A DNA stretch of 64,000 nt from Macrostomum lignano (GCA_002269645.1 NIVC01000901.1:62001-126000), one strand, 5' to 3'. Positions 30,116 to 41,660 are shown, counted from the stretch's first letter. Numbers and translations: made by a program. Notes: generated by a model from the letters alone, not told the origin.

Positions 30116-30960
30116 CTGTACAGAATTGCCAAGCAGGCGTTAAACGTCACTTTATCCTCAAGCGCCCGTTCAACATCCTGTTTAATCTGCATCAGCGCTG
30201 GATGCCAATTAGAATTCTCGGGCAGGTGCACCGAGCCGTAGGAATATTTCGGCCCAACCCAGTACGTCATCCTTGGCTCAGTGGATTCGCCTTTGCCACC
30301 TGGCTTGGGCCGAGTTTTCAGCTGCTCCCACGCCAGTTCAGTGGCCAGAGTATTAAAAGTTTGGCTGGCAGCTTCAGACGAATAGAATGCCGGATCGAAC
30401 CGAAGCCGAGCCTCTAAGCCGCCTCGGCTAACGCTGATGACGTAATCGCCCTTATCTCGGACAACCAGATCCGGCTGCATCACGCCGCCAAACTGCTGTT
30501 GCCGAACTCCTTGACCTTGGCTCCAGTTCGGCCGCAATCGTTTCTGCATCAAATGCACCGGCTGCATCGGGCCACCGATTGGGCGACGGTTGAACCCCGG
30601 CTGCATCAGCGAGACTGCTGACGATTGGCCACCGGCTCCGAATTGGCGTTTGCGACTGAACTGCTGCTGGTGATGCTTCATCTGCTGGTTATTGGTGTTC
30701 TTCTCGCTAGCCCAGGCTCGCTTCCCACCGCCGACAGAGCCGGCGTTAGTTGTCCACTTTGTTGAGAATTCCTCATCTCTGCTGTAGTCAGTGCCATCGG
30801 CGCCTGTTGCAGCCTCCTCTTCATCAATGTCAGCTTCCTCTTGCTTTTGTTGCTGCTCTTCATCATCGCCATTGTCGCTGTCTGTTCGGCAGTTCAGAAA
30901 TAATTCTTCCACTTTTTGAATGACCACAGTCTTGTCCGGGTGGTGAACTTCGCTGTGCTC
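30116..30960 (-). CDS. ALKBH3-like: C2H2 zinc finger-ALKBH3-like fusion protein, exon 2
   Basis: Pyrimidine-rich cgcag|GAG acceptor supplies EHSEVHH that completes finger 2; then acidic and Q/G-rich linker; then the ALKBH3-like segment EPRMTYWVGPKYSY...NWHPALMQIK...TFNACLAILYR; AG|gtgagt donor. Confidence 0.88.
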
Positions 30961-31049
30961 CTGCGCGGTGAGGAGGGAGCGGGGCCCGAATAGTGTCCTG
31001 AGTTCGATTCCTAGTCTACTCACTTTTGTAAGATTCTGAGGGACCATTA

Positions 31050-31880
31050 CTTTGAGTCTGAGAGTCCACTATTGTGAGTCTGAAAGTCCTCCATTGAGAG
31101 ATTCTTAGTCCACTATTGAGATGCTGAGTCCACTATTGTCAGATTTAGAGAGTCCAATATTGTGACATTTTAAGAGTCCACTATTGAGATTCTGAGAGTC
31201 CATTGTGAGATTCTGAGAGTCTACTGTTGTGAGATTCTGAGAGTCCATTCTCGAGATTCTGAGAGTCCACTATTGTGCGATGCTGAGTGTACGCTATTGA
31301 GATGCTAAGAGTCCACTATTGAGATGCTGAGAGTTCACTATTGAGAAGCTGAGAGTCTACCATGGAGATACTGGGAGTCCACTATTGAGATACTGGGAGT
31401 CTACTATTGAGATGCTGAGAGGCTACTATTGATATGCTGGGAGTCTACTATTGAGATGCTGAGAGGCTACTATTGAGATGCTGAGAGGCTACTATTGAGA
31501 TGCTGGGAGGCTACTATTGAGATGCTGAGAGGCTACTATTGAGATGCTGGGAGTCTACTATTGAGATGCTGAGAGGCTACTATTGAGATGCTGAGAGGCT
31601 ACTATTGAGATGCTGAGAGGCTACTATTGAGATGCTGAGAGGCTACTATTGAGATGCTGAGAGGCTACTATTGAGATGCTGAGAGGCTACTATTGAGATG
31701 CTGGGAGTCCACTATTGTGGGATTCTCAGTGTCCAATGTTGTTACATTCTGAAAATCCGCTATTGAGATGCTGATGATCTACTATTGAGATTCTGAGTGT
31801 CCGCTATTGCTGAGAGTCGACTATTGTAACATTCTCAGAGTCCACTGTTGTGAGATTCCGAGAGTCCACTGTAGAGATAT
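31050..31880 (+). repeat. 22-bp minisatellite CTACTATTGAGATGCTGAGAGG in intron 1 of the ALKBH3-like gene
   Basis: Direct reading; homogeneous centre, degenerate edges. Confidence 0.92.
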
Positions 31881-32006
31881 CTTGAGTCCTAATTCTAACT
31901 CTATTAAATTTGAAATATTACAGTAAAGCAACCAGTATTCAGCGACCCACAAAAAGCAACAATACGGCTACGAGCAAAAAAGCAGAAAAGTACACAGAGC
32001 ACTAAC

Positions 32007-32201
32007 TTGAAGCAGATACTCGCTAGAGCAGAGCAGCTCGCACTCGCTGCATTTGTACACTACAAACTCGATGTCCCGCTCGGGATGGCCTATGGCATGC
32101 TCGGATAGGCGTGAGAAATAAGTAGTAAAAAATTTGCACAAAGGACAATCGAATAGCAGAACTCGCTCTGGCTCGAAATTGATGTCGCTCTCAGCTTCCA
32201 T
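32007..32201 (-). CDS. ALKBH3-like: C2H2 zinc finger-ALKBH3-like fusion protein, exon 1 (finger 1 and most of finger 2)
   Basis: First ATG after an in-frame upstream stop; CPLC-x12-H-x3-H, then CSEC-ELLCSSEYLLQ ending at a CAA|gttagt donor (phase 0). Confidence 0.8.
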
Positions 32202-33307
32202 GATGAAGACGGCGTAATGCGCTGATGAATCTCGAACTTAATAGTTGAAAAGTGAGTTGTTTCGAGAGAAAGCAAAATTTCGGGATTTCGCTGTGAGCTG
32301 AAGATGAAACAAATTTGAATTGGCGCCAGAATGTTATTTCTGTATTTGTTTAACCGGTTTGTTACGGATTGAAGCCGGAGAGATTCTTACTGGGGGGGGG
32401 GGCGCGCACTTCACTTTCTATTTTAGTCTAAGCAATAACAATTTGAATTGGCGCCAAAATTCTCAATTCGATAGTTTGTTAAAATAGTTAACTAATTTGT
32501 TTAAACCCGGAGAAATTCCCTATTTGAAAATAGTTTGACCCGGGGCCCTTGAGTGTGTCTTGTTATAATGATAAGTTTGAATTGATGCTAAATATTGCTA
32601 TTTTGTTTAACCGACTGACTAAAAAAACCCAGAGAAAAATTCTATAGAGTTGTGAGCACTTGGCTTTATTAAAGTGGAGCTATTATTCATGTTAAAGTTT
32701 TCTTAATGACTTTTGCTATAGGCTGGCTAACTAAAATTATAACAAAATATTCTAACAAATTTCCTACCAAAACATGCATTTCTTACTACTCAGTGAAAGT
32801 CTACTAAGTAGTAGGACGCTGGACATTCCGTGCTATTTAGCCATATTTAATTGGGTTATCATCGTTTTCAGTGGGAGTTTTTTTATGTTGTCCATCATTT
32901 TTGCTCACAATTAGGCACACACACACAGACAGACAGATAGGTTAATGTAACAATTGCAAACTTTGCGCTAGTCAAGCAGTTGTTGTTTGTTTCTAACAAA
33001 AAAACTAAATTAAAAACACAAAGAAACCCTAGTAGACATTGGGGACAAAAACTGACCTGGGCAGTTTCTTAACTGACAAAGCCAATATGATAAGATCATA
33101 GATGGATCAGAATTGCAAGCAATAAATCCACACAAACTTATTCAATGGAAACCAATAGGAATGCGACTACATTATATAACAATAAAAAATAGTGACGATA
33201 TAACACTTAGTAATTAAATTTAATAATATAGAATTAATAGAAGGGGATGGAACACACACAGACACATTTATAATATGGAGATTGCAGCAGCACAAAGAGT
33301 CAAAAAT

Positions 33308-34091
33308 TCAAACTGGTCTCCAACGGTTCATTGCGGGCTGGCCTGATTCAAACATTGTCGGCCTTGGCGGAGGCGGCTGCTGCTGCTGATGATGCTGCAT
33401 GGGTCCTTGAGGAGGCGGCGGAGCAGCATGACGATAGGGTGAGAACACTTGCTGCTGTTGCATAAACTGCTGCTGCTGCTGCTGCTGCTGCCGGAAGGCC
33501 GGGAAAAACGGAGGCGGAGGCGGCAACGGAGGAGGCGGTCGAACCCCGCCACCTGTTGGCGACGTAGCCGCTGGCTGACTACTACTAACACTACTGTTAG
33601 TATTACTATGATTACTACTCATACTCATAATAGATGCATTGTTGCCGCTATTATTCAGCGAGTTCATTGACGGCATCGGCAGTGGCGGTGGCGGCAGAGG
33701 CGGAGGCTGCAGTCGAGGCCGCCAGACCGGCAGGTGCTGCGGCATCCAGCTGTCGATGGAGCTGGCCGTGATTGGCAGCTGGTGGCCGGGCGCCGAGACG
33801 GCGGCAGTGGTGACGGCGGTGGCAGCGGTGGCCCCGCCAATGCGCTCATCGAGAGTTGGAGTGGCGCTCCGGCCGGATTGCTGCTTTTGCTGCTTCTGCG
33901 GCTGCTGATGCTGGTGAGCAGCAGACCGAGGCGGCGGCGGACTGTCGGAGCCGATGGCGATCTCGTGGCGATGGTGCTGCTGATGATGATGATGATGATG
34001 CTGGTGCTGGTGATGCTGAGTTGATGAAGAGTGCCGATGAGCGCTGCCTTCTCGGCCGCTGCTGATGGAACGTGACGGACTGCGAGAGGAT
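33308..34091 (-). CDS. RPRD2-like: RPRD2-like protein, exon 6 (S/R-, His-, Gln- and Pro-rich low-complexity tail)
   Basis: cacgcag|A acceptor completes the phase-2 codon and enters the frame of ORF 33308-34276; TGA at 33308-33310. The six exons sum to 1887 nt = 628 aa plus stop. Confidence 0.8.
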
Positions 34092-34174
34092 CTGCGTGGG
34101 GATTTCAGATGCGAATGATTTGATGTCTTTTGCTCCGCTTTTTGACACGGCATGGATATAGGGAGGGTAGTGCA

Positions 34175-35005
34175 ATAAAAACACCCTGGGAAACAGGGTG
34201 GTCCAAAAACTCCTTGAGCTTTGGTGGTCCAGTAAAAATATAATGGAAAGTAGGGTAGGGTGGTACAAAAACACACCTTCTAGGAAATAGGGTGGACAAA
34301 AATAATACGAGCGTAAAAAAAACGATAGAAAACAGGTTGGTCCAATAAAAGCACCCTCGGAAAAGGGTGGTCCATAAAAAACCCTGGGAAAAAGGATGGC
34401 CCAATAAAAACACCCTGGGAAGCAGGGTAGTCCAATAAAAACACCCTGGGAAGCACGGTGGTCCAAAAACTCCTTGAGCTTTGATGGTCCAGTAAAAATA
34501 TAATGGAAAGTAGGGTAGGGTGGTACAAACACATACCTTCTAGGAAATAGGGTGGACAAAAATAATAAAAATAACCGATAGAAAACAGGGTGGTCCAATA
34601 AAAACACCCGGGGAAACAGGGTGGTCCAATAAAAACACCCGGGGAAAAAGGGTGGTCCAATAAAAACACCCGGGGAAACAGGATGGTCCGATAAAAAACC
34701 CAGGGAAAAAGTATGGTCTAATAAAAACACTATGGGAAAAGGGTGGTCCAATAAAAACACCCTGGGAAGTAGGGTGGTCCAATAAAAACACCCTGGGAAG
34801 CAGGGTGTTCCAATAAAAACACCCTGGGAAGTAGGGTGGTCCAATAAAAACACCCTGGGAAGCAGGGTGGTCCAATAAAAACACCCTGGGAAACAGGGTG
34901 GTTCAATAAAAACACCCTGGGAAGCAGGGTGGTCCAATAAAAACACCCTGGGAAGTAGGGTGGTCCAATAAAAACACCCTGGGAAGTAGGTAACAAATAA
35001 AAACA
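34175..35005 (+). repeat. 32-bp minisatellite AAAAACACCCTGGGAAGCAGGGTGGTCCAATA in RPRD2-like intron 5
   Basis: Direct reading; includes a duplicated block of about 250 bp. Confidence 0.92.
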
Positions 35006-35132
35006 CCATGAAATGGGTGGCGTGAAGCACAGTATGATTAAGAAGAGGGTGGCCCAATAAAAAAGACAGCAGACAAAGAAACTGTGTTTTGTTTAACACT
35101 CGTTTAGTTTTTTTTTCAATTTCAGAACCCAC

Positions 35133-35779
35133 CTAGAAGATCGCTTTCGACTGTTGCCGCTCTTGCCGCTAACCGGTGCCCGATCACGATGCCCGACGCT
35201 GCCGGCGCCTCCGCTACTTCCGCTGTGTCGCCTGTGCTTCCGGTGCCTGCGTTTGCTGCTCTGCTGCTGCTGGTGGTGCACGGCAGCCCCCTGGCCGTTC
35301 TCATCTCCGCTATCGATCTCCATCTCATCCTCGCGTCGGCTTAGAACGGCTACTTCTGCGCCAAAATCGTCGGCCGTGTCAGCTGGCGGCGACGGCGCCT
35401 CGGGCGAGTCAACAAGTCGATCTTCAACTCGTCGACGCATAAAAGCGACCATCTCGCCGTATTTTTTATAGGCTGTCACGACAACATTAACGTCGGAATA
35501 TTGAGCGGCAAAGAACATGTGAGCTTTTTCTAGTAGCGACAGTAGCGCCTCTCTACGCTCTTCCAGGCGTTCTAAATCGCGGACAAGATCTTCGAGTCGT
35601 TGGCAGGATTCTTCAAGCTGCTGACGATAGGCCTCGCCGTGGGAGCGATCTTTGATCTGGCGTACAGCAGCTGGACTGTGAATCTCTGAGGAGATCATGC
35701 AGCCTAGCTGGCGCTCCTTTGACGCCGTGTCAGTCTCCATGATGAGGAACTCTTTTAGGGCGGAGATGACCGAGTCAGG
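35133..35779 (-). CDS. RPRD2-like: RPRD2-like protein, exon 5 (coiled-coil/CREPT-like region)
   Basis: ccacag|CCT acceptor; PDSVISALKEF...FFAAQYSDVNVVVTAYKKYGEMVAFMRRRVEDRL...SPEAPSP resembles RPRD2 (EQYKEVKVVANAYK...PSP); AG|gtggg donor. Confidence 0.88.
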
Positions 35780-35854
35780 CTGTGGATTAAATATGGCGGT
35801 GAAAGATCAGAATCTTGCCTGCTTATGTCTGACTTTGACCCCTCTTCTAACTGC

Positions 35855-36180
35855 TTTCTCATTGGCTAAGCTAAATTGGGCCTGCCCCCTAGGCTGAGTT
35901 TTGTCCGTCTCTCCTTGCTGCTCTCTTATTGGCTGAGCTAGATTGGGCCTTACCCCCTAGACTGAGTTTTGTCCGTCTCTCCTTGCTGCTCTCTCATTGG
36001 CTGAGCTAGATGGGCCTGATCCCCTAGACTGAGTGAGTAATGTCCGTCTCTCCTTGCTGCTCTCTAATTGGCTGAGCTAGATTAGGCCAGACCTCTAAGC
36101 TGAGTTTTGTCCGTCTCTCCTTACTGCTGTCTCATTGGCTGAGATAGATTGGACCTGCCCATGGGCTAAATTTCGTCCGT
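35855..36180 (+). repeat. About 66-70-bp tandem repeat, 5 copies, in RPRD2-like intron 4
   Basis: Recurrent CTCTCATTGGCTGAGCTAGATTGGGCC...GAGTTTTGTCCGTCTCTCCTTGCTG. Confidence 0.85.
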
Positions 36181-36504
36181 CTTGCGTTAACTTGTGTACA
36201 CATACTTAAATGTCAACAGTTTTTTCTTAACCTCATTTGCTCCTGAGGCCGCAAACCCCAAGGAAAGGACATTTTAGCTGATACAATAAATTTAGGTGAC
36301 ACTGGGCAGACAATCTACGGGAAAAAGTAGACACACTACTCACTTTTACAACTTTGAATTGCGAATAAGCATATCTTGTTACTGTAGTATTTGTTGGTAA
36401 AAATCAAGTCAACAAGTTCACTGATTTAAAATTTAGGATAGATAGAATTCTCGTTACCTTCGACTTACTATTATTACCAGACATATTCTAAATAATTTAC
36501 TCAC

Positions 36505-36566
36505 CGAAAAGTTCTTAATCAATTCTGGATCAATTTTGGCGTCCTCAATTGCGCCTGACGATGAGC
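36505..36566 (-). CDS. RPRD2-like: RPRD2-like protein, exon 4 (62 nt linker exon)
   Basis: ttttctttatctag|GC acceptor and TCG|gtgagt donor; SSGAIEDAKIDPELIKNFS; converts the phase-1 end of exon 3 into the phase-0 start of exon 5. Confidence 0.82.
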
Positions 36567-36666
36567 CTAGATAAAGAAAAAACAAACACAATATATTTTA
36601 AATACTACTGATAAACAGTAGCATGCATGAAAAATTAAACTAAAGTACAAAAGGAAATTTACTTAC

Positions 36667-36767
36667 TTATGCCGGCAATTAGACCGCTACACACGGCACT
36701 ATCCAGGAGTTTCCTGTCTGACCAGAGTTCCAAAACGCGAACAACCTTGTCCACAATATTCGTGCCT
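36667..36767 (-). CDS. RPRD2-like: RPRD2-like protein, exon 3 (end of CID)
   Basis: ttatag|A acceptor; GTNIVDKVVRVLELWSDRKLLDSAVCSGLIAGI (CID-terminal V..vL.iW.eR motif); A|gtaagt donor. Confidence 0.88.
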
Positions 36768-36973
36768 CTATAAAAAAGAAATTTCACTTATTCTTACTAA
36801 TAATTTTATTTTTTTGGGCATCAAATTATGAAATTAAAACCATGAATGCCAAATTTCTGCTATTCATATATTATTTAGAAGTATTATTATTTCATAATTC
36901 TTAGTAGACCATAGTATTATTGTTAAAATTTTAAGACAGACCATATTAAATGATTTAAACAAATGCAACTTAC

Positions 36974-37103
36974 TTAAGCTGAGACAGTGCATTTGGTAAG
37001 ACTTTTTTGAACTCATCCTTGTAGACTGAAGCATCTTTGCGTTTGCAATTGTGCAATATTTCATTAGCCAGGTAGATGAGAGCGAGACGGAAATCAATGT
37101 TAC
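36974..37103 (-). CDS. RPRD2-like: RPRD2-like protein, exon 2 (CID core)
   Basis: ttttag|GT acceptor; NIDFRLALIYLANEILHNCKRKDASVYKDEFKKVLPNAL matches the CID signature LxxxYLANDVxQNxKRK; AA|gtaagt donor. Confidence 0.92.
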
Positions 37104-37353
37104 CTAAAATGTGTATTATAGAAATATTAATGATTGCTAATATAGATCAAGATATAAATATTATTGCCAAGATGAAACTTCATAATTTGCAAAAAATCCA
37201 ATGAAAATCAAATACTTTTCCCTGATATTTGGGCCAATTAAACATTTATATTGATGCAGTTATATAACCAAATTATAGTATTCTTGTTAATTAAAATCAA
37301 ACTTTATATATTAATTGGTAGCACTGTATAGATTTTAAACTTAAGGTTATAAT

Positions 37354-37945
37354 CCCTATTGGAATAAATGTTAAAAACCCGCGAACGCGCGCTTTAGAAA
37401 AGAGTCAAACTATTTTACCGCGCTTTAGGATTATTAGAGATGTTCCGAAGGATCTGCAGTTTTGTCGAAATCAAAATTCGCTAACTTTCCAAAATCAAAA
37501 TTGAAATTTCCCGAAATCATAATTCAGAAAAACAAAGTTTAGTATGATCAACACTCACTTTTTTACTTTCAATTTACTGCTTAAGCAAAAAGTAATACAT
37601 GTATATTTAGTAGAAAGTAGTTTATTTTTAGCAACTTTTTAGACACTGCCAAAATTTTCACTTTTAAATTTTATTTCGAAATTGAAATTCGCTCTAAAAA
37701 ATTTCAAATTTTGGAAAATTGAAATTGAATTTTCGGAACATCTCTAAGCTTAATAAATTACGAGTGTATAAGCCCCTTCAACAGAGGTATTATACCCATT
37801 TCCATGTATATGTGTTTGCTAGAGCAGCAGCCAGTAAGAAAGGGCAGCGCGCGCAGGCGCTGCGCCTGTGCGCGTGCTGCGCTTTAGAAAAATTTCAAAA
37901 GTGCACCGGACACCGTCCGCGGTTTTACAACTTTTTCCTATAGGG
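37354..37945. mobile_element. MITE family A, copy 1 (composite, carries a nested hAT-type MITE)
   Basis: Imperfect TIRs of about 33 bp (CCCTATTGGAATAAATGTTAAAAACCCGCG...CCGCGGTTTTACAACTTTTTCCTATAGGG) flanked by direct repeat GTTATAAT (37346-37353 and 37946-37953). Confidence 0.88.
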
Positions 37946-39093
37946 GTTATAATCTTAAATTATAAAGAATATGCTCCTACCTTAAAAAAACATTTTTAGT
38001 CCTGGCATATAAACATGGTTTTATACTTTTTCCCTGTAGTAGATAACTAAAACTATTTTTGTACTTGCAGATTAAAATAGAATTGAAAAGTGATTCTTGC
38101 TAATACTATTGCTGTACTAGACCTAGGGTATATTAATATAGATCTAAATTATGTTATTTAACCTATTTCTAACATAATATCCCTTTTAATAAATACTTGG
38201 TTATAATACTATCAATAGTCAATACTTCTAACATTTTATGTTAAAATTTATTTAACTAGCCCTATGTGTTAGTGAAAAATTACCTCAATGATACTTTTCA
38301 AGACTTCATTTACACTATACTTATAGTCAGGAAAGTGGTATATGTATGCCATAATTAAATTCAAGAAAAGTCCCTATGTATGCCAAGTATGTTAAAAATT
38401 GTAAATGTGACTGTTATATATGCCAAAATTTTAAAATTATGGAACTTTGTCTTTACTTTTGCATTAAAAAAATAATGGACTTTTTTCTATTGTTATGTTT
38501 GATATTTATAGATACATTATAATAAAATAAGTTGTGTCTATTTCTTTTTTATAAATAACTTGCAATAATGCAAAGTTCTATTATTTAAATTCTTTAAAAT
38601 AGCAATGTTATTATATCCAAATAATAATATTTTTTTATTTGCACTCCCATAATCCATCATCTTTTAACTCTAAAAGTTTTTTTTGAAATGCTTTTCTTTG
38701 TTATAGAAACTTGCACTTAACCTATTGCAATAAAGCTATGATTCTATAATATAGGTTTTTTTTAAATAAACTAGATTTCTATCTAACTAAAAATATTTGT
38801 ATTGTATTAGTTATCTAAAGTATAATTACTAGCAATCTAGTGCCCCCCTTTGGGGTGCCAAATAAGTAAGGAGCAAAAATTATTCATGCAAATCTATTAA
38901 AGAAGCATATTTTTTAGAACCAATTTTTTTTTCAGTTTATAGATAACCTCATTCGAGTAAAATTGTAAAATGTGAAAATTGTAAAATGAACAAAGATGTT
39001 TGCTATGAATATCTTTTGTCTAAAAAACAAAGTATACAATATTTAACATAAAGCCCTCATATAGATAATAGGCATTCCCCAGATGGCAAGCAT

Positions 39094-39539
39094 CCCTATT
39101 GGAATAAATGTTAAAAACCCGCGGACGCGCGCTTTAGAAAAGAGTCAAACTATTTTACCGCGCTTTAGGATTATTAGAGATGTTCCGAAAGATCTGCAGT
39201 TTCGTTGAAATCAAAATTTGCTAACTTTCCAAAATTTTAGCGACTTTTTAGACACTACCAAAATTTTCACTTCTAAATTTTATTTCGAAATTGAAATTTG
39301 CTCTAAAAAATTTCAAATTTTGGAAAATTGAAATTGAATTTTCGGAACATCTCTAAGCTTAATAAGCCCCTTCAACAGAGGTATTATACCCATTTCCATG
39401 TATATGTATTTGCTAGAGCAGCAGCCAATAAGAAAGGGCAGCACGCGCAGGCACTGCGCCTGTGCACGCGTTGCGCTTTAGAAAAATTTCAAAAGTGCGC
39501 CGGACACCGTCCGCGGTTTTACAACTTTTTCCTATAGGG
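39094..39539. mobile_element. MITE family A, copy 2 (internally deleted)
   Basis: Same TIRs and body as copy 1; its own flanking direct repeat GCAAGCAT (39086-39093 and 39540-39547) shows an independent insertion. Confidence 0.88.
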
Positions 39540-39959
39540 GCAAGCATTGCTCCTCTCCCCCCCCCCCCAAGATAGCAAGCATCTCTCAATAGCAAGCAAC
39601 CCCAGATAGCAAGTATCTAGTTCAACAACTTTTTCAGCTTTAAATAGGCTCCTTTATGTTTGGCATGACACTTATTTTATATATGAAATAATGTCTCTTT
39701 TATGTTTCACACAAGCTGTTGAAACCTGCAGATTTTGAACCTGGGGAATTCCAATCCCTGAAACTACTTTTGCATACATTCTGAAATCTAAGGCCATATA
39801 TAAACAAAAACTTGTTAATAGTTTGTAGGATAGAGGTAGACATAAAATGGAGCACATTTGTGTAAAATTAGGGTTTGAGGCAAACATTGATATTGTTGGC
39901 TGGGGTACTCTGAAGAAAGTCAGGCAATGTCTGTCAGACTCTAAAACATGTATTGGCAA

Positions 39960-40367
39960 ACTCTGGCCTCTCCCTGACTCTCCCTACATCTCTCAGATCC
40001 TTTAAAATTTCTATCGTCTCTTCTGTTTCCTTTCTTCTCTCTCGTCCCTTGTCTCTCCTCTCTCTTCTCTCCTCTCTCCTCTCTACTCTTCGTTTTTTCT
40101 CTTCTCTCCTCTCTACTTTTCGTTTTCTCTCTCCTCTCCTCTCTCCTCTCTTCTCTCATATCTTCCCTCATCTCTCTTCTCTTTCATCTCTCTTATCTCA
40201 TCTCTTGTCTCTTCTCTCTACTCTTTCCTTCCTCTCTCCTCTCTACTTTTCGTTTTCTTTCTTCTCTCCTTTCTCCTCTCTACTTTTCGTTTTCCCTCTC
40301 TTCTCCTCTCTCCCCCTCTTCTTTCGTCTCTTCTTTCTCCTCTCTATTCTTTTCTCTCTTCTCTTAA

Positions 40368-40446
<79 letters not shown>

Positions 40447-40990
40447 TCTCCTCTCCCATCTCTCTTCTCCTCTCTCCCCTCTTCATTCTCCTATTTCCTC
40501 TTCTCTCTACCTGTCTTTCCACTCTCCTCTAGTCTCTGTAATCTCTTCTCTCTTATCTCTCCTCTGTTCTCTCTACTCTCCCATCTCTCGTCTGTTCACC
40601 CTCATCTCTGCTCTCTTATCTGTCATCTTTACTCTCTTATACGTTCTCTCACTTATCTCCTGAGTACTCTTTTCTTTCACCTCTTCTGACTCCTCTCTTT
40701 CCGTACTCCTCTCTTCTTTTCTCTTCCCTCTTCTATACTCTCTCTCCTCTATTATCTTCTCTCGTCTCTCTGCACTCTCCTCTCACCTTTTTCATCTCTC
40801 ATCTTTACTCTCTAATCTCTCATTTCATTTGTCTCATCTCTACAATCTCATCTCTCCTTTCTCCCCTCTTCTTACACCCCTCTCTTTTCTGCTCTCTTCT
40901 CACCACTTGTCGAGAGACAATCTTCCATATTTTCTCTAATGCCCCTCTCGCCTCTCCTCTCTTCTAATAGTCTATTCCTTCTCCTTTCCA
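39960..40990 (+). repeat. CT-rich polypyrimidine low-complexity tract including (CT)n
   Basis: Direct reading. Confidence 0.9.
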
Positions 40991-41269
40991 CTCTCATCTG
41001 GCCCGCACATAAGCTGGATTCTTTATCTGGCTTTTGAAGTAAAAGTCTGCCAATCCCTACTTCGAAAGCCAGTAGCCTCTCCACGGGGGTGCAGAGAAGG
41101 CTATAAAAAGTTATTCCAAAACACTGTACATTGCCATGTACATTCAGTCCTATCGCCTGACCCTTCGTCTGGCTCTGGGGGAATGAGTGAGTGAGTGGCA
41201 CAAACAACAGAAAAAGCAGACAAATTTCACATGCTTACAGTTTCTGTTCTGATTGAGTTAGAGAGTTGA

Positions 41270-41660
41270 AACTTTTGGGGTGGCTGTCTTGCTTAAAAAA
41301 GCAGCCCAACTTTAAAAGTGCATAGCGCTGTTCAGGATTAACTTTGAGATTCGAAATTTTACACGATTGTGTCAAAATAGTTGAAGATTGTGTGTCAAAT
41401 TTGAAGAGGATTGGTAAAACTGGAGCGGCGCTATGTAGGATTTAGTGAAAAAATCGCACATTTTAAGCAGTTTTTTGCACTTTTAGGTAGGAAGACTTGA
41501 GTCTAGGAAATTTTTAGGTAGCCTAAGACATTCTCCATAGTAAGTTTAGGGTGGGTGTAAAGTTTGGTGTAATTTGGTTGAGTGGTTTGGGAGTCCATAG
41601 CGATCAAAATTGTCCACAGACAGACAGACAGAGTTTTGATTTTTATAGTTAGAGATGATG
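41270..41660 (+). mobile_element. Possible non-autonomous Helitron/Helentron-associated element
   Basis: Short GACA run followed by an A/T-rich tail ending TTTATAGTTAGAGAT and an upstream GGGTGGCTG...CAGCCC hairpin; architecture recalls DINE-1/Lep1-like elements. Only one clear copy here. Confidence 0.3.

Noticed and set aside
33846-35132. 428-aa minus-strand ORF overlapping RPRD2
   Set aside because: Mostly the 32-bp intronic array plus an alternative frame of exon 6.
37719-39595. Duplicated small ORFs MKLNFRNISKLNK... (74 and 69 aa)
   Set aside because: They lie inside the two MITE copies, start at TTG and span the nested-element boundary.
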